A stretch of 64,000 nt of DNA from Eubacteriales bacterium (lineage in GTDB: Bacteria > Bacillota > Clostridia > Oscillospirales > CAG-272): positions 52,091 through 116,090 of the forward strand of contig JAZNZE010000054.1 in the NCBI GenBank assembly GCA_045594785.1, written 5' to 3'. The stretch's first letter is position 1, and the number at the start of each line of letters is the position of its first letter. Of this stretch, positions 46,301 to 54,623 are shown in pieces. Both the position numbers and the translations under genes were made by a program. Under the pieces are notes generated by a model that worked only from the letters and a program-made list of their open reading frames with translations, was not told the DNA's origin and did not search any database.

Positions 46301-49300
46301 TATCTTGTGTCCGTTCTCATCATAGGGAATATGATATTCGTTATTAGCATCGGTTTCGGGCCATTTTGCGCTACCAAGATCTATAACCTTCTGAGTTATC
46401 TTCCAAGGCTGAGGCGCAGGGAGCTTTATTGCATTGTCTTCAGTCTTGAAATCATAGTTAGCCGCAACGGCGGAATAGCTTTCATGCTCGGTATCAAGCA
46501 CTACGTTTGCTATGAACTCACCGGAATTAACCGACTTTTCTCCGGTATATTTAATCAGCGGAAGAATATCTCCGGGAAGACCTACTATGGCAAGTCTCTT
46601 TTCGGTTGCATCGTAAGTAAATTCAAATGAGTTCACGGGATTAAGAACTTCAGCTCCGCCCTGCTCTACCCTAACGATATATGCCTGCCAGGTATACTGA
46701 GAAAGATCTATTGACTGCTTCTTGATTTCCCAGTTGAACGTTACTTCTTCCGAGCCTATCCACTCATAGTTCTGAGCATACGCTGCATCAACAAATACAA
46801 CCTTAGCCTTGGCAGTATACGTGCCTACGTTAGTCTTGCTGATGTCGCCGCCTATGGTAGAAATCGCAAAAATCTGAGCAACCGCGTCATTATTGATAAA
46901 CGCACTTACAGTGTGAGGTGAATTGAACTTATAGTAATCCCCGCTTGCGCTCTGGTGGTTAAAGGATACTATTTCATTGCCGTACTGCTTCTTGGCAATG
47001 CTCCACTCATAAGCAATCGTGATTATATCGCCTACTGCAAAATAGGAAGCGGTGCTTACAGGACCGTCATATACGTAGTTAGGGTCTATAATTCTGAAAT
47101 CTACGTAAGCGGTGTAGGTTCCGGCATCGGTAGCGGTAAGATCGCCGTACGGCTGACCAACTAATTCAAGAATTCCCTCATATGCGCTGAGTATGGAATC
47201 TATATCGAAGGATACTCCTATGTTAGAATCTCCATACGTAAAGCCGCTGCCGCTCCATCCTGCCTGAAGCGAGGAGTGAGTTACGGTCTTGGGAGAAATG
47301 CTTACAGTAACGTTATTGCTATTTTTAACAACGTCCTGTCCTGCTACGTTTACGGTTATAACGCACATATAGGTTCCGGAATCGGAAACCTCGGTTATGC
47401 TAAGGGTATTGGTGGTTTCACCAACCATAAGCGTGCCGTTCTTATACCACTGATATTTTGTATCGGGTGTGTTGGCGCCGTAGATAGATGCAACAAGAAC
47501 AAGAGGATTTCCGTCATAGGTCTTGCTATAGGAGGCTTCACCTGTAGTCTGGTCTGTAACAGATACGTACGCATCTCCGATTTCTGCAAATATCGGATAA
47601 AGCACAAGCTCTATTTCACCGCTTGCGAAATCAAGCGCAGGCATCTTTTCGTGATGAGTGCCTATTGCATCCTTCCAGCCAACGACAGGATTGTTTTCAT
47701 AGTTGGTTATAGGAGCAAAGAAATCAATATCAGCTCCTACGGGAAGGAATCCGGAAAGCAAGGTTTCTCCGTTAACAACGTAATCTATCTTGCCTACGTT
47801 TTCAACCTGAACGTTAACAGTCAAGTCAACGTCAAGAGTTAGATTATAGAAGAATGACTGGAGAAGAAGAACGGTTTTTTCGGCTTTTTCCGCATCCTTC
47901 TTTGCTATAGCGTCATAAAGGAGCTTATCGAGCTCAAGAAGCTGAATTTCACTAAATTCAAATACAGCTCCGTAGTCGCTCTGGCCCTTATATATGCCCA
48001 GTATACCGTCCTTAAGGTCTTCACCGAAGCCGGCATCTTCACAGTAATCATAAACGGTGTTAAACAGCTTTATGAGCTTGAAGTAGTACTCCCGGTACTC
48101 GTCAATCTTTTCCTTTATTTTTTCGGTTGAAAGTCCTTCAAGTCTTTCAAAACGGCTTACAAGCTGAGCGTTGATTATTCCGTCAAGGTCTGCGGCAGAA
48201 TCGATTCTGTCAATAACACTCTTGATATCCTCGATAGTAAAATCGTTGATAAAGGCGTGCATACCGTCAGGAGTTTCAATAACCTTTTCGAATATCGACT
48301 TCTTAACAGAGTCAGGAACCTTTTCGGAATCGCAAATCTTCAAAAGGAAATCTGCAAACTTAGCGGGAAGCTTAACGTTTATATTCGAAATCATTCCTGT
48401 AACTGCGTTATACTCAATGCTGAGATACTCGCTGATAACGTCAAAGAGCTTATTTACCTTTTCGTGACCTTCACCGAGCTTTACGGTAACGGTAAATACG
48501 GTATCCATTGCACTGCCGGGAGTATTGTCACCGAAGACGGTTTCAATTCCCATCTTATATTTGAGCTGCATTTCAGCCTCAGTCATAGTAGCAAGCTCTT
48601 CAATGGTAGGGAGATTATTTATTATGTCAAGGAGCTTTTGGAAATCAAATCCTACACCGTTGCTGCCGCTGAGCAAAATTGACTCTTCGTCTTCAAGCAC
48701 AGTATCTTCGTCAATATCTATGCGTATATCGGTAATAAGCTCAAGGATAGCCTTTGCTCTTTCGGCAGTATCGTCTATCTCGTCAAGCTCGTTAAGCGTT
48801 TCTGTATATTTTTCGCCAACGATGTGAGCGATATTTGCCATTTTAGCTTCGATTTCGTTGTAGGTGATTTCAAATCCGAGATACTCTACGAGAAGCTCGT
48901 CAAACGTGCCCTCGCTGAGCTTGCTGTCAACTATAGCTACAAGCTCCGACACAAGATGGTTAATGTCGTCATTGGTGAAATCAGTAATAGCCTCGGCTAT
49001 CATATCGTTAATATCGTCATCGGTAAGAGATGCGTACATCTCTTCAACGAGCTCTGCGCGATCCTCTGCAGGAAGAGCTGCGATAGCTTCAGCGGCTGCG
49101 GTTTCAACGTCTATGCCGTCAATGATAGTCTGAAGAGCGTCCGAACCAACGGATTTTATAACCTCGTCATAATTGATTCCCGAAAGTATGGTATCAAGCT
49201 TCGCATCGTCAAGTCTATCAAACACGGTATCAATTACATTTTCTACGTCCATTGAATCAAACGCAGTCTGATAATCCGCTGCGGTAAGGTTGGTTTCCAC

Positions 49301-50779
49301 ATAGGATTTGATATCGTCATCGTTGATGTAATCAAAATATTCCGAAGGCTCAATGTTGCCGTCATCGTATATTTGGGCAGCATCATTATAACTGATGCCT
49401 CTGTCATCGACTATGTAAGCTATAACCTCTTCCCTAACCTTAGACTCGATAAGGTCAAAGAAAGCAGGCTGTGTTGCTATCTCACCGCGCTTGTAAGCTT
49501 CGTAATCAGCAAACTTATCTTCCACAAAATCGGAAACAAACGCATCGATCTCGGTCTGTATCATTCCGTTAAGGTCGTTTGCAGGAACGGTTGTTCCGCT
49601 TTCTTTAGCAGCAATATAATCGTCTACGCAGTCTTTTACATAATCCTCCGCAAACTGATCTATATAGGGCTTAAAGAGCGCGTCCGCACTTCCGGGCAAG
49701 GGAGTAACGCCATTAATCTTATTAGAAACGTAAGCGTCTATACGCGCCTCGATATAATCGTTAACGTAATCCTCAATAATTCCGTTAACAAAAGAGGTCG
49801 TATCAACGGAAGTACCGTTAAGCTTTGCCTCAATGTATGCTTCAATAGCAGCATCTGCCTCGTCAGCTATATATTTATCAATGTAGTCGGAAAGGTATTC
49901 ATAAAGCCCGTCTTCAGCGTGAGTGCCGGGAGCTGCAAGATTATCAAGGTAGTTATCAACCGTTTCCTTAACAAGCGAATGCATATAATCTTCGATTTTA
50001 TCAGTAAGGTCGGTTCTTCCCTTTTCGTTCTTTACGTAAGCTATGTAATCACGCACAGCCGACTCGATATAGCCGTCAATCGTGGTATGAAGCAAAGTGT
50101 TAAGCACGTTTTCAACGTAGCTGTCTATGCCTTCAGCCGAAGGAAGAGACTCGCGGATTTCAGGCTTAAGGAGGATAGCTGCTCTTACAAGAGAGCAAAC
50201 GAAATCTGCAAAATCCTCAACTGTCGCGGTTCCTGTAGCGGAATCGAGAGCATCCTTTATGAACTCCATTTTACGATCATCGGAAACCGAACCGTCACCG
50301 TTCGAATCGCCAACGCTTGCGTAGTGCTTATCAAGGTAAGAGCCGAGAGCCTTTTCCCAAACGTTATCGGCATTCAGTCCCTCCTCAATAATATCCATTC
50401 CGCCAAAATCCGCAAGAACGTCATCAAGAGCAACCTCCTTGATAGCCTCTCCGAGTACAGAGAGAATTTCAAGCAGCTGTGCTCTGTTCGTTCCAAGAAT
50501 AGCGGACTTATCGGGTGTGAGAACTACGGTTATCTCATTCGTATCCGTATCGTAAAATACGTCACACCAGCCCGTATCAAGCGAGCCGCTCTGACCTCCG
50601 TTTGTTCCGTTAGCGCCGCCTAGCGTACCGCTTTCCAATGCACTCTCGCCTGAACCTATCGAGCCGGGAACAGCCGAGTTATTCTCTGCCGAAGCAGCGC
50701 CTATCGTAACCGCGCTGACGCCAAAGAGCATTGTCAAAACAAGAAGCAATGTAATGATTTTTCTTATCGTTTTGCTCAT
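40373..50779 (-). CDS. Giant (3468 aa) bitopic surface protein: signal peptide, acidic helical region, Ig-like and MBG-like beta repeats, one TM helix, long repetitive acidic cytoplasmic tail ending in a uL15-like domain
   Basis: Start trimmed to ATG 50779 (MSKTIRKIITLLLVLTMLFGVSAVTIGAASA). Repeated FxY(D/N)G and SATNAGTY motifs. TM helix WLTIALIVILVLLFLFIVFIF at 44120-44182, followed by SRKMKIRRNAKGKK. Uninterrupted 10.4-kb frame. Confidence 0.85.
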   Translation of the reverse strand: MSKTIRKIITLLLVLTMLFGVSAVTIGAASAENNSAVPGSIGSGESALESGTLGGANGTNGGQSGSLDTGWCDVFYDTDTNEITVVLTPDKSAILGTNRAQLLEILSVLGEAIKEVALDDVLADFGGMDIIEEGLNADNVWEKALGSYLDKHYASVGDSNGDGSVSDDRKMEFIKDALDSATGTATVEDFADFVCSLVRAAILLKPEIRESLPSAEGIDSYVENVLNTLLHTTIDGYIESAVRDYIAYVKNEKGRTDLTDKIEDYMHSLVKETVDNYLDNLAAPGTHAEDGLYEYLSDYIDKYIADEADAAIEAYIEAKLNGTSVDTTSFVNGIIEDYVNDYIEARIDAYVSNKINGVTPLPGSADALFKPYIDQFAEDYVKDCVDDYIAAKESGTTVPANDLNGMIQTEIDAFVSDFVEDKFADYEAYKRGEIATQPAFFDLIESKVREEVIAYIVDDRGISYNDAAQIYDDGNIEPSEYFDYINDDDIKSYVETNLTAADYQTAFDSMDVENVIDTVFDRLDDAKLDTILSGINYDEVIKSVGSDALQTIIDGIDVETAAAEAIAALPAEDRAELVEEMYASLTDDDINDMIAEAITDFTNDDINHLVSELVAIVDSKLSEGTFDELLVEYLGFEITYNEIEAKMANIAHIVGEKYTETLNELDEIDDTAERAKAILELITDIRIDIDEDTVLEDEESILLSGSNGVGFDFQKLLDIINNLPTIEELATMTEAEMQLKYKMGIETVFGDNTPGSAMDTVFTVTVKLGEGHEKVNKLFDVISEYLSIEYNAVTGMISNINVKLPAKFADFLLKICDSEKVPDSVKKSIFEKVIETPDGMHAFINDFTIEDIKSVIDRIDSAADLDGIINAQLVSRFERLEGLSTEKIKEKIDEYREYYFKLIKLFNTVYDYCEDAGFGEDLKDGILGIYKGQSDYGAVFEFSEIQLLELDKLLYDAIAKKDAEKAEKTVLLLQSFFYNLTLDVDLTVNVQVENVGKIDYVVNGETLLSGFLPVGADIDFFAPITNYENNPVVGWKDAIGTHHEKMPALDFASGEIELVLYPIFAEIGDAYVSVTDQTTGEASYSKTYDGNPLVLVASIYGANTPDTKYQWYKNGTLMVGETTNTLSITEVSDSGTYMCVITVNVAGQDVVKNSNNVTVSISPKTVTHSSLQAGWSGSGFTYGDSNIGVSFDIDSILSAYEGILELVGQPYGDLTATDAGTYTAYVDFRIIDPNYVYDGPVSTASYFAVGDIITIAYEWSIAKKQYGNEIVSFNHQSASGDYYKFNSPHTVSAFINNDAVAQIFAISTIGGDISKTNVGTYTAKAKVVFVDAAYAQNYEWIGSEEVTFNWEIKKQSIDLSQYTWQAYIVRVEQGGAEVLNPVNSFEFTYDATEKRLAIVGLPGDILPLIKYTGEKSVNSGEFIANVVLDTEHESYSAVAANYDFKTEDNAIKLPAPQPWKITQKVIDLGSAKWPETDANNEYHIPYDENGHKITLEGVPADGEGFIVYEYFVYNSDTEAWESIDTPVNVGQYKVKVSVTEGETLNYIISGNFTSEFEYFIDSKVIEINVSLNADEFTYNGNSQGVELLFSSALLEYESKGIVSINRVMEGSEFSATNAGEYKVYVSLKIENSNYSFEAGKTTVDLEFSWTINKKPLDADTTVTPIVTPSTFVYDGTEKTVTFKLPANYENLLDYEIIEEESVLSATNAGTYYISYRLFLKESEPNHSFNTINGKVSWTITKASVDVSDVKWNYTRPFIYNNGSEYSVLIEGFDPALVNVTYMDNVASEVNIYNATAVIELKDSENYFFVGSDSIREDGTIEYSCIWRIVSSYIEIGTLNWLTVAPYVYDGTAKTVYPTLDLTHLDAELLELFEVRYSGDLSATDAGTYVVNVELLPRNSSAYLDYELSAHSCEWIIEKAVYDMSGISFENKIVKWNGRPHSITISGNLPEGVSVEYVGNGQTGNKDAKTVHTVRAIFHGDEINYQPIQTMEAHLIILTEDDPYFDYPDTPGGPDTPDIPDNPDDPQYPSDPGFGDITEPDRPLEPSIKNEFTFGEDGIIKIEAENGISEEYSVNVVGKTESYQELDLTGIFGEGKNVALVVAYDIHFVKDGAQASVSDNFIVRILIPEQFRGEGKTLGVIHIKDDGTIEPIDNELVSRDGDYLVFHTTHFSVYAVVDITDAPPEIIPPQNPTDDKKKTPWLTIALIVILVLLFLFIVFIFSRKMKIRRNAKGKKDSDDSYYDNDDGQHSGRSKRSGKETAFDAQERQMPVANQAKEYSDYEDYQEYESVSSRRSFDDDDTAVAAVSARNGRRANLSERKNSIWTPEHRHAPSSENEGFDEPISQLRNTTDSLFTSNVAPLETNTRDSRQRYMPENQETSSRRAAAPFVAAAVIPVKKSKRADEYEAASTAQSKYMPKTYSFDDPANEFEDPTFGLNDSTNAMFAANAAAPKSKLANRPEQHESRWMPAQSYQPEDPQLINDEPYIEEPVSRRAPEKAMFAAAMIPVNASERVEEPEGLSESSLFEDPLNSLNNSTNALFAQNEPSGVKSRLPDEAEAAPQSRAYWKPSAAPVVAAAVVPISKSKKKPEIDTYEDVPDFESPVSELNNSANALFTPNEPSAVKSPAADEAEPAPQPQSYWKPSVVAAVVPVSKTEKEPEPETYEDVSGFEAPVSALNNSANSLFAAAYVPVSTEAEPVVQPQVGEAAPAEDAPKAVEVVVPAEPEKEKIAQEDPRVFATPRVVVKNVTPTPERAAAKAKPAINMIAISTPSSESDSEEEAEQIPAFEPEAEAQVASYETFEPTHEELVPDEPFDAEEESAEVETAEEAEAVEAPAAAEPKPAITLAPMRIVLHVAKGNVRITETVIAEEPKAIEEPEVTEEPEVTEEPEVTEEPEVAEEPEVVEEPEVAEEPEVVEEPEVAEEPEVAEELEVAEEPEVAEEPEVAEEPEVAEEPEVAEEPEVTEEPEVVEEPEVVEEPEVAEEPEVTEEPKATEEPAPVEETPIAFLDGEDMSEQRLINGTLVPVRYRTSYMSRLIQSDDSIQDYYTAIKNHILSYKGVKARSSWNFESFNLGRTQCVKLNVKGSALLVYLALNPADYSASKYHFVDVSDKPKLDKVPMMLKVKSDRALKYAIELIDEVMKNNGILQGEIPSVDYHMPYESNDALYERDLVKLILPEGVVIDENTVIERVDNVEESPAEEEAPAEEEAPAEEESPAEEESPAEEEAPAEEEAPAEEEIPVEEESPAEEESPAEEESPAEEETPAEEEAPAEEEIPAEEEAPAEEETPIEEEAPAEEEVPTEEESPAEEEVPTEEESPAEEEAPAEEETPAEEEAPAEEEAPAEEEIPAEEEAPVEEVIFADPETANTIVADEEAEKFVEKVKHLPEQKPLSKKLYEVNLDTICENFADGDTVTIKDLKEKKLINAKAERVKILARGVMNKRLTIVADKFSITAIKMIGLAGGLAEIYID
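40715..41203 (-). repeat. About 27 in-frame tandem copies of an 18-bp unit encoding x-P-A-E-E-E
   Basis: The plus strand reads GCGGGAGCTTCTTCCTCG-type units. The protein reads SPAEEEAPAEEEAPAEEE... with variation mainly at unit position 1 (A/S/T/I/V). Confidence 0.9.
41793..42185 (-). repeat. About 21 in-frame tandem copies of an 18-bp unit encoding E-E-P-E-V-(A/T/V)
   Basis: The plus strand reads CTTCAGCTACTTCAGGCT-type units. The protein reads EEPEVTEEPEVTEEPEVAEEPEVV... Confidence 0.9.
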
Positions 50780-50831
50780 TCTAATAATCCAACCTTTCGA
50801 ATAAGTAAATATATTATTAATATTTAGATAA

Positions 50832-50860
50832 ATTATATCACTCGCGCGAAAAAATGTCAA
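50832..50860 (-). promoter_or_regulatory. Consensus sigma-A promoter of the giant gene
   Basis: Minus strand: TTGACA (50855-50860), 17-bp spacer, TATAAT (50832-50837). Confidence 0.7.
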
Positions 50861-50872
50861 TAGAAAAAAAAT

Positions 50873-50930
50873 AAAACGAGCCAAAAGCTTGTAATAACGT
50901 TAAATATTACAAAAATCAGCTCGTTTTTTT
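50873..50930 (-). terminator. Long compound hairpin terminator after the 1117-aa gene
   Basis: Outer stem AAAACGAGC/GCTCGTTTT and inner stem TTGTAATA/TATTACAA, with T-runs on both strands. Confidence 0.7.
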
Positions 50931-51017
50931 GTGTATTGTGCCAAGCATTTTTCCGCTATTAAGCGTTTAGTCGGCACCCGTGTTAAATTTCAAAACTCAA
51001 GCTATGGCATTAAAATC

Positions 51018-54000
51018 CTATCTTCGAGCACTTCTGATGGCTTTTATGAGGATTATAATACCAAGAGGAAGCATAACCGCGCAAAGATAAAAGGCTGCCA
51101 GCACAAGCAACGCTCCGGTATCAACCAGAGACTGCGTCATATTAACCGAATACGGCGGAATTATTTCGATTCCGAAAAGCGTTAACCCCGGGAATATTTC
51201 AACTCCCTTAGGCTCTTCGGTTTTCTGATGCTCATTTGCCAGATAAAGAGCCTCATATACCGCATCTCCGCTGACGGTAACGATATCAGGCGACCAAAAT
51301 CCTTGTGTGTAGTAATACTTTTCGTCTGCCGCCTTTGGCGGAACAGGCGGAGCGGTTACGGTCTCACCGTATGGCAAAATTATGGTGTAAATAATCTTCC
51401 CTTCGGCAATGAAAGTAATCTTATGGGTAACTACGTGATAATCCACACCGACAAAAACAGGGCCGGAATTAATATAAAAGCCTCCGTTTGTGATTTGAAT
51501 TTTATTTCCTTCAGCGTCAAGATAGTAAATCATATCTATGACTGCACCCTTGGGAACCTTAGAAAGAGTGACATTAACGAATTCACCTTTTTTAGCAACC
51601 GAAGGCACCTGCACCTCAACCTCTCCGGTAGGTAAAAGGTTAACAGAATATTCAACTACGGCATAGTAGGTTTTGCCCGGAGCAAGCAAAGCACTGAGGG
51701 TATTATACTGATAGCTCGATTTTACGGCTACCCTTTCGCCATTCTCGAGGTAATAAAGCAAAACCTCTTCACCGCTACCGTAGTCAAGCGTCTTATTTAC
51801 GCTTATCCTAAGTCCGCTAAGCGCTTGATTATCGTCAGGAGAAACTTCTATTCCATTACTGTTAAAGAGGTTTACCGAGATTCCGTGCCCGGAGCCGCTT
51901 TGCATGAGAGTAGTTGATACAGAAACGCTTACGGCATCTGCCGAAGCCATTTTAGCTATTGTGTCGGGAAAAAGAGTAAGAGTAAAGCTTCTGAATTTTA
52001 CTGTAACCGAATCGGTGGAAGAGAGTCGCTTCATAATCTTACCCAAATTAATTTTTCCGTCCTTCGAAGAATGATCGACTATAAAGCCATCTTCGTTTCG
52101 CGACACAGATACCGTGCTGCCATCCTCAAAGGTACATATAGGCACTCCCTTAAATTTCGCAACGTAGGTGGCATCGCTGACGACCTCGGTTATTTCCCTA
52201 TCCCAACCGATAAATACGTATTCGTAAATTTCAATATCCGGCTTTTGCGGATTGCTCGGCGGTACAGGCATCTGACCGTACTCTACCTCAGTTACCGTGA
52301 GAGAGCCCTCAATATTCCAGGTAACCGCGTAGGATTTTATGTGTTTATCAAAAAATGGGTACAACTCAAGCGAGCTCTCTATCGAGGTGACGTCACAAAC
52401 CCTTCCCTCTGAATCCATCCAGCCCGCAAACGTATACGTAGCCTCCTGAGTCTCTTTCTTAGTAGGAATGGGGCCCGAATAATCCGCGTAGGTTCCCTTA
52501 TCAACCAAGACAACGTCACGGCAGGCTTCTCCGTTTTCATCGGTATAATTAAACTTCACCTCGAAAAATTCAACGTTTCCAAGCTGCTTTAAAACCTCTA
52601 TCTCGATTTTAAGCATTACGTCACCGTCAAAATTATCGCGAGGCGTCAAAGACTCTTCCTCCGCCAAAGCGCGAACCGCATCGGGAGCTTCATAAGGCAG
52701 AGGCTCGGGACCCGGGGCTGCTACAGCTTCCGGGGGGTTACCGGGATTTGCTACGGGTACGGGAGGATTGCCCGGATCGGCTACAGTCTCCGGTTTTGTG
52801 GGCTTAGCAACGAAATCCGGACGTGTCGGCTCAGTCAGCTCAGTTTCGGGTAATATAGGTTCTTTGGCAAAAGGAGGATATCCCGTTGTAAGAGGAATTG
52901 CGTTCTCCGTGTCCGGCATATAAGGAAGGTTATCAAGGAGCTTGATGGGAGTTTTTCCCGTCAAAGAATTTACAACGTAGCTTTCGTTATATACCGCTGT
53001 TTTATCGTAATTATAAACTGCACCGTCATTCAACGCATTCACGAGATAATAAAGCTGAGCAAGAAGAATTTCGTATTTTTCCTGTATTCCCTTTTCGTTA
53101 AGAATCAATCTTACCTTGGAATTGGAATACATTTTATCGAGCGAGATAAAAAGATTAGTGAAATTAAATCTGAATCCCTCGTAATTCAAAACATAATATG
53201 CATACTTCTCCGCTTCGCCCTCAATTGCAAAGTATTCTTTACAAATTTTCCTAAGATTCTCGGTTGAAATACCTGCAAGGTCTACTATCTGTCCTTCAAC
53301 TCCTACCGTTTGATTGGCAATTGCATCCTTATTTTCTATTACCTGCGTAACGGTAGTACCTATGATTACAGCACTATATACCGAGCGTTGCAGGTCGGTG
53401 GATTTTACCTTAATTCCGTCAATTATGGCAAGCTGCTCTCTTACGATAACAATATTTTTTGCATAGGTCTGATACATTTCAAGCAGCTCATCGTAATTGT
53501 CCTTCGTTTCGATATATTCACGATAAGCAGCATACTGCTCATTATAAAGCTTTAGGTCATCTTCGTATTTCAGATAATCGTCCATTTTGGCTTCGTAGTC
53601 TTCAAGCGCCTGACGGTAATCGTTATACTCCTTAAGATTCCTTTCATAAGCCGCTTTTTCGGTTCTGTAGGTGTCGTATAAAAGACGTGCAGCCTCATAT
53701 TCCGCAACGGCTTCAAGATACTCAGCGTAGCGCTGAGTATTTCTTTCATAATCTGCACGAGCTTTTTCGTATTCTGCAGCCTTTGACTGAAGAAGCGCCT
53801 TCCAAGTTTTAGAGTCGTTATACGCTTTGTTGATAAGCAGGTTCGCATCGCGCTCGTCTATCTCAATTTCGGTCTCGTACAAAACCCTTGCTTTTTCGCC
53901 TTCAACGTAATAAGATGCCGGAAAATCGGCAACGTATTCATTTTCCGAAGCTTTATTAAAGAACACCGTCTTATCACCTACCGTAACCACTGACGGCAAA

Positions 54001-54371
54001 AAAAGAACCTCAGCACCGTTCTTTGCGGTATACGAATATTTTTTGGCTTTTACACTAAAATTACCGCTCACCTCATCTCTGCCTATCGCAACAACACCGG
54101 TAGGAATATGCGAGACGTAGTTAATCTCATATTCACCGTAAAGCTCAAGGTAGGCAGCTTCGGCTTCAACAAGCTCCTCGTCACCGATAAGCTTTGAGAC
54201 TATATCGGCTGCAGTTAACGTAGTTATATCCGCAGCGCCGGGCTTAGAGTAGTCGTTTTTCAAGCCTCCACCATTACCCGCCGCAAAAGCAGAGGTGGCA
54301 AAAAGAGCTCCTAATATTACAAAAAGCAAAATCGCGGTTGTCAATTTCGCATAAATTTTACGTTTTTCCAT
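51018..54371 (-). CDS. Large (1117 aa) tail-anchored surface protein: signal peptide, Tyr-periodic coiled-coil, Pro-rich linker, Listeria-Bacteroides-type (YxFxGW) repeats, C-terminal TM
   Basis: Start at ATG 54371 with AAAGAGG RBS. Signal peptide LLFVILGALFATSAFA. Repeats ATYTFAGWMD and YEYVFIGWD. C-terminal ALLVLAAFYLCAVMLPLGIIILIKAIRSARR. Confidence 0.8.
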   Translation of the reverse strand: MEKRKIYAKLTTAILLFVILGALFATSAFAAGNGGGLKNDYSKPGAADITTLTAADIVSKLIGDEELVEAEAAYLELYGEYEINYVSHIPTGVVAIGRDEVSGNFSVKAKKYSYTAKNGAEVLFLPSVVTVGDKTVFFNKASENEYVADFPASYYVEGEKARVLYETEIEIDERDANLLINKAYNDSKTWKALLQSKAAEYEKARADYERNTQRYAEYLEAVAEYEAARLLYDTYRTEKAAYERNLKEYNDYRQALEDYEAKMDDYLKYEDDLKLYNEQYAAYREYIETKDNYDELLEMYQTYAKNIVIVREQLAIIDGIKVKSTDLQRSVYSAVIIGTTVTQVIENKDAIANQTVGVEGQIVDLAGISTENLRKICKEYFAIEGEAEKYAYYVLNYEGFRFNFTNLFISLDKMYSNSKVRLILNEKGIQEKYEILLAQLYYLVNALNDGAVYNYDKTAVYNESYVVNSLTGKTPIKLLDNLPYMPDTENAIPLTTGYPPFAKEPILPETELTEPTRPDFVAKPTKPETVADPGNPPVPVANPGNPPEAVAAPGPEPLPYEAPDAVRALAEEESLTPRDNFDGDVMLKIEIEVLKQLGNVEFFEVKFNYTDENGEACRDVVLVDKGTYADYSGPIPTKKETQEATYTFAGWMDSEGRVCDVTSIESSLELYPFFDKHIKSYAVTWNIEGSLTVTEVEYGQMPVPPSNPQKPDIEIYEYVFIGWDREITEVVSDATYVAKFKGVPICTFEDGSTVSVSRNEDGFIVDHSSKDGKINLGKIMKRLSSTDSVTVKFRSFTLTLFPDTIAKMASADAVSVSVSTTLMQSGSGHGISVNLFNSNGIEVSPDDNQALSGLRISVNKTLDYGSGEEVLLYYLENGERVAVKSSYQYNTLSALLAPGKTYYAVVEYSVNLLPTGEVEVQVPSVAKKGEFVNVTLSKVPKGAVIDMIYYLDAEGNKIQITNGGFYINSGPVFVGVDYHVVTHKITFIAEGKIIYTIILPYGETVTAPPVPPKAADEKYYYTQGFWSPDIVTVSGDAVYEALYLANEHQKTEEPKGVEIFPGLTLFGIEIIPPYSVNMTQSLVDTGALLVLAAFYLCAVMLPLGIIILIKAIRSARR

Positions 54372-54623
54372 ATAAACCTCTTTCATTTATATACATCAGT
54401 ATAACATCAGAGAAAGAAAAAATCAAGTACCGTCACTCATAATTTACATATTACCCACGATTCCGATAAGTTTAAAATCAGCCAAGATTAATTTGTTCTA
54501 TGAAAGCCAATACGGCTTACGATTGTTCAAAAATTATGAGAAAAAATTAACGATAGTGCAAATACTTTTTCAAGGATTGAGATTAAAATATACGTAACTA
54601 CTCAAACTCAAAGGAGAAAAACT

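Noticed and set aside
49373-50623. 416-aa antisense ORF inside the giant gene
   Set aside because: The sense frame has the signal peptide and a coherent acidic helical repeat. The antisense product is Ile/Val/Arg/Cys-rich junk. Its stop-free run follows from the GAx/GCx codon bias of the sense strand.
50780-50884. 35-codon N-terminal extension of the giant ORF in the track. Similar extensions exist for the genes ending at 3004, 4436, 38343 and 51018 and the genes starting at 31437, 35170 and 36326.
   Set aside because: In most cases a downstream ATG is preceded by a Shine-Dalgarno sequence and begins a recognisable N-terminus (signal peptide or conserved family start). The extensions overlap upstream genes, promoters or the RBS itself.
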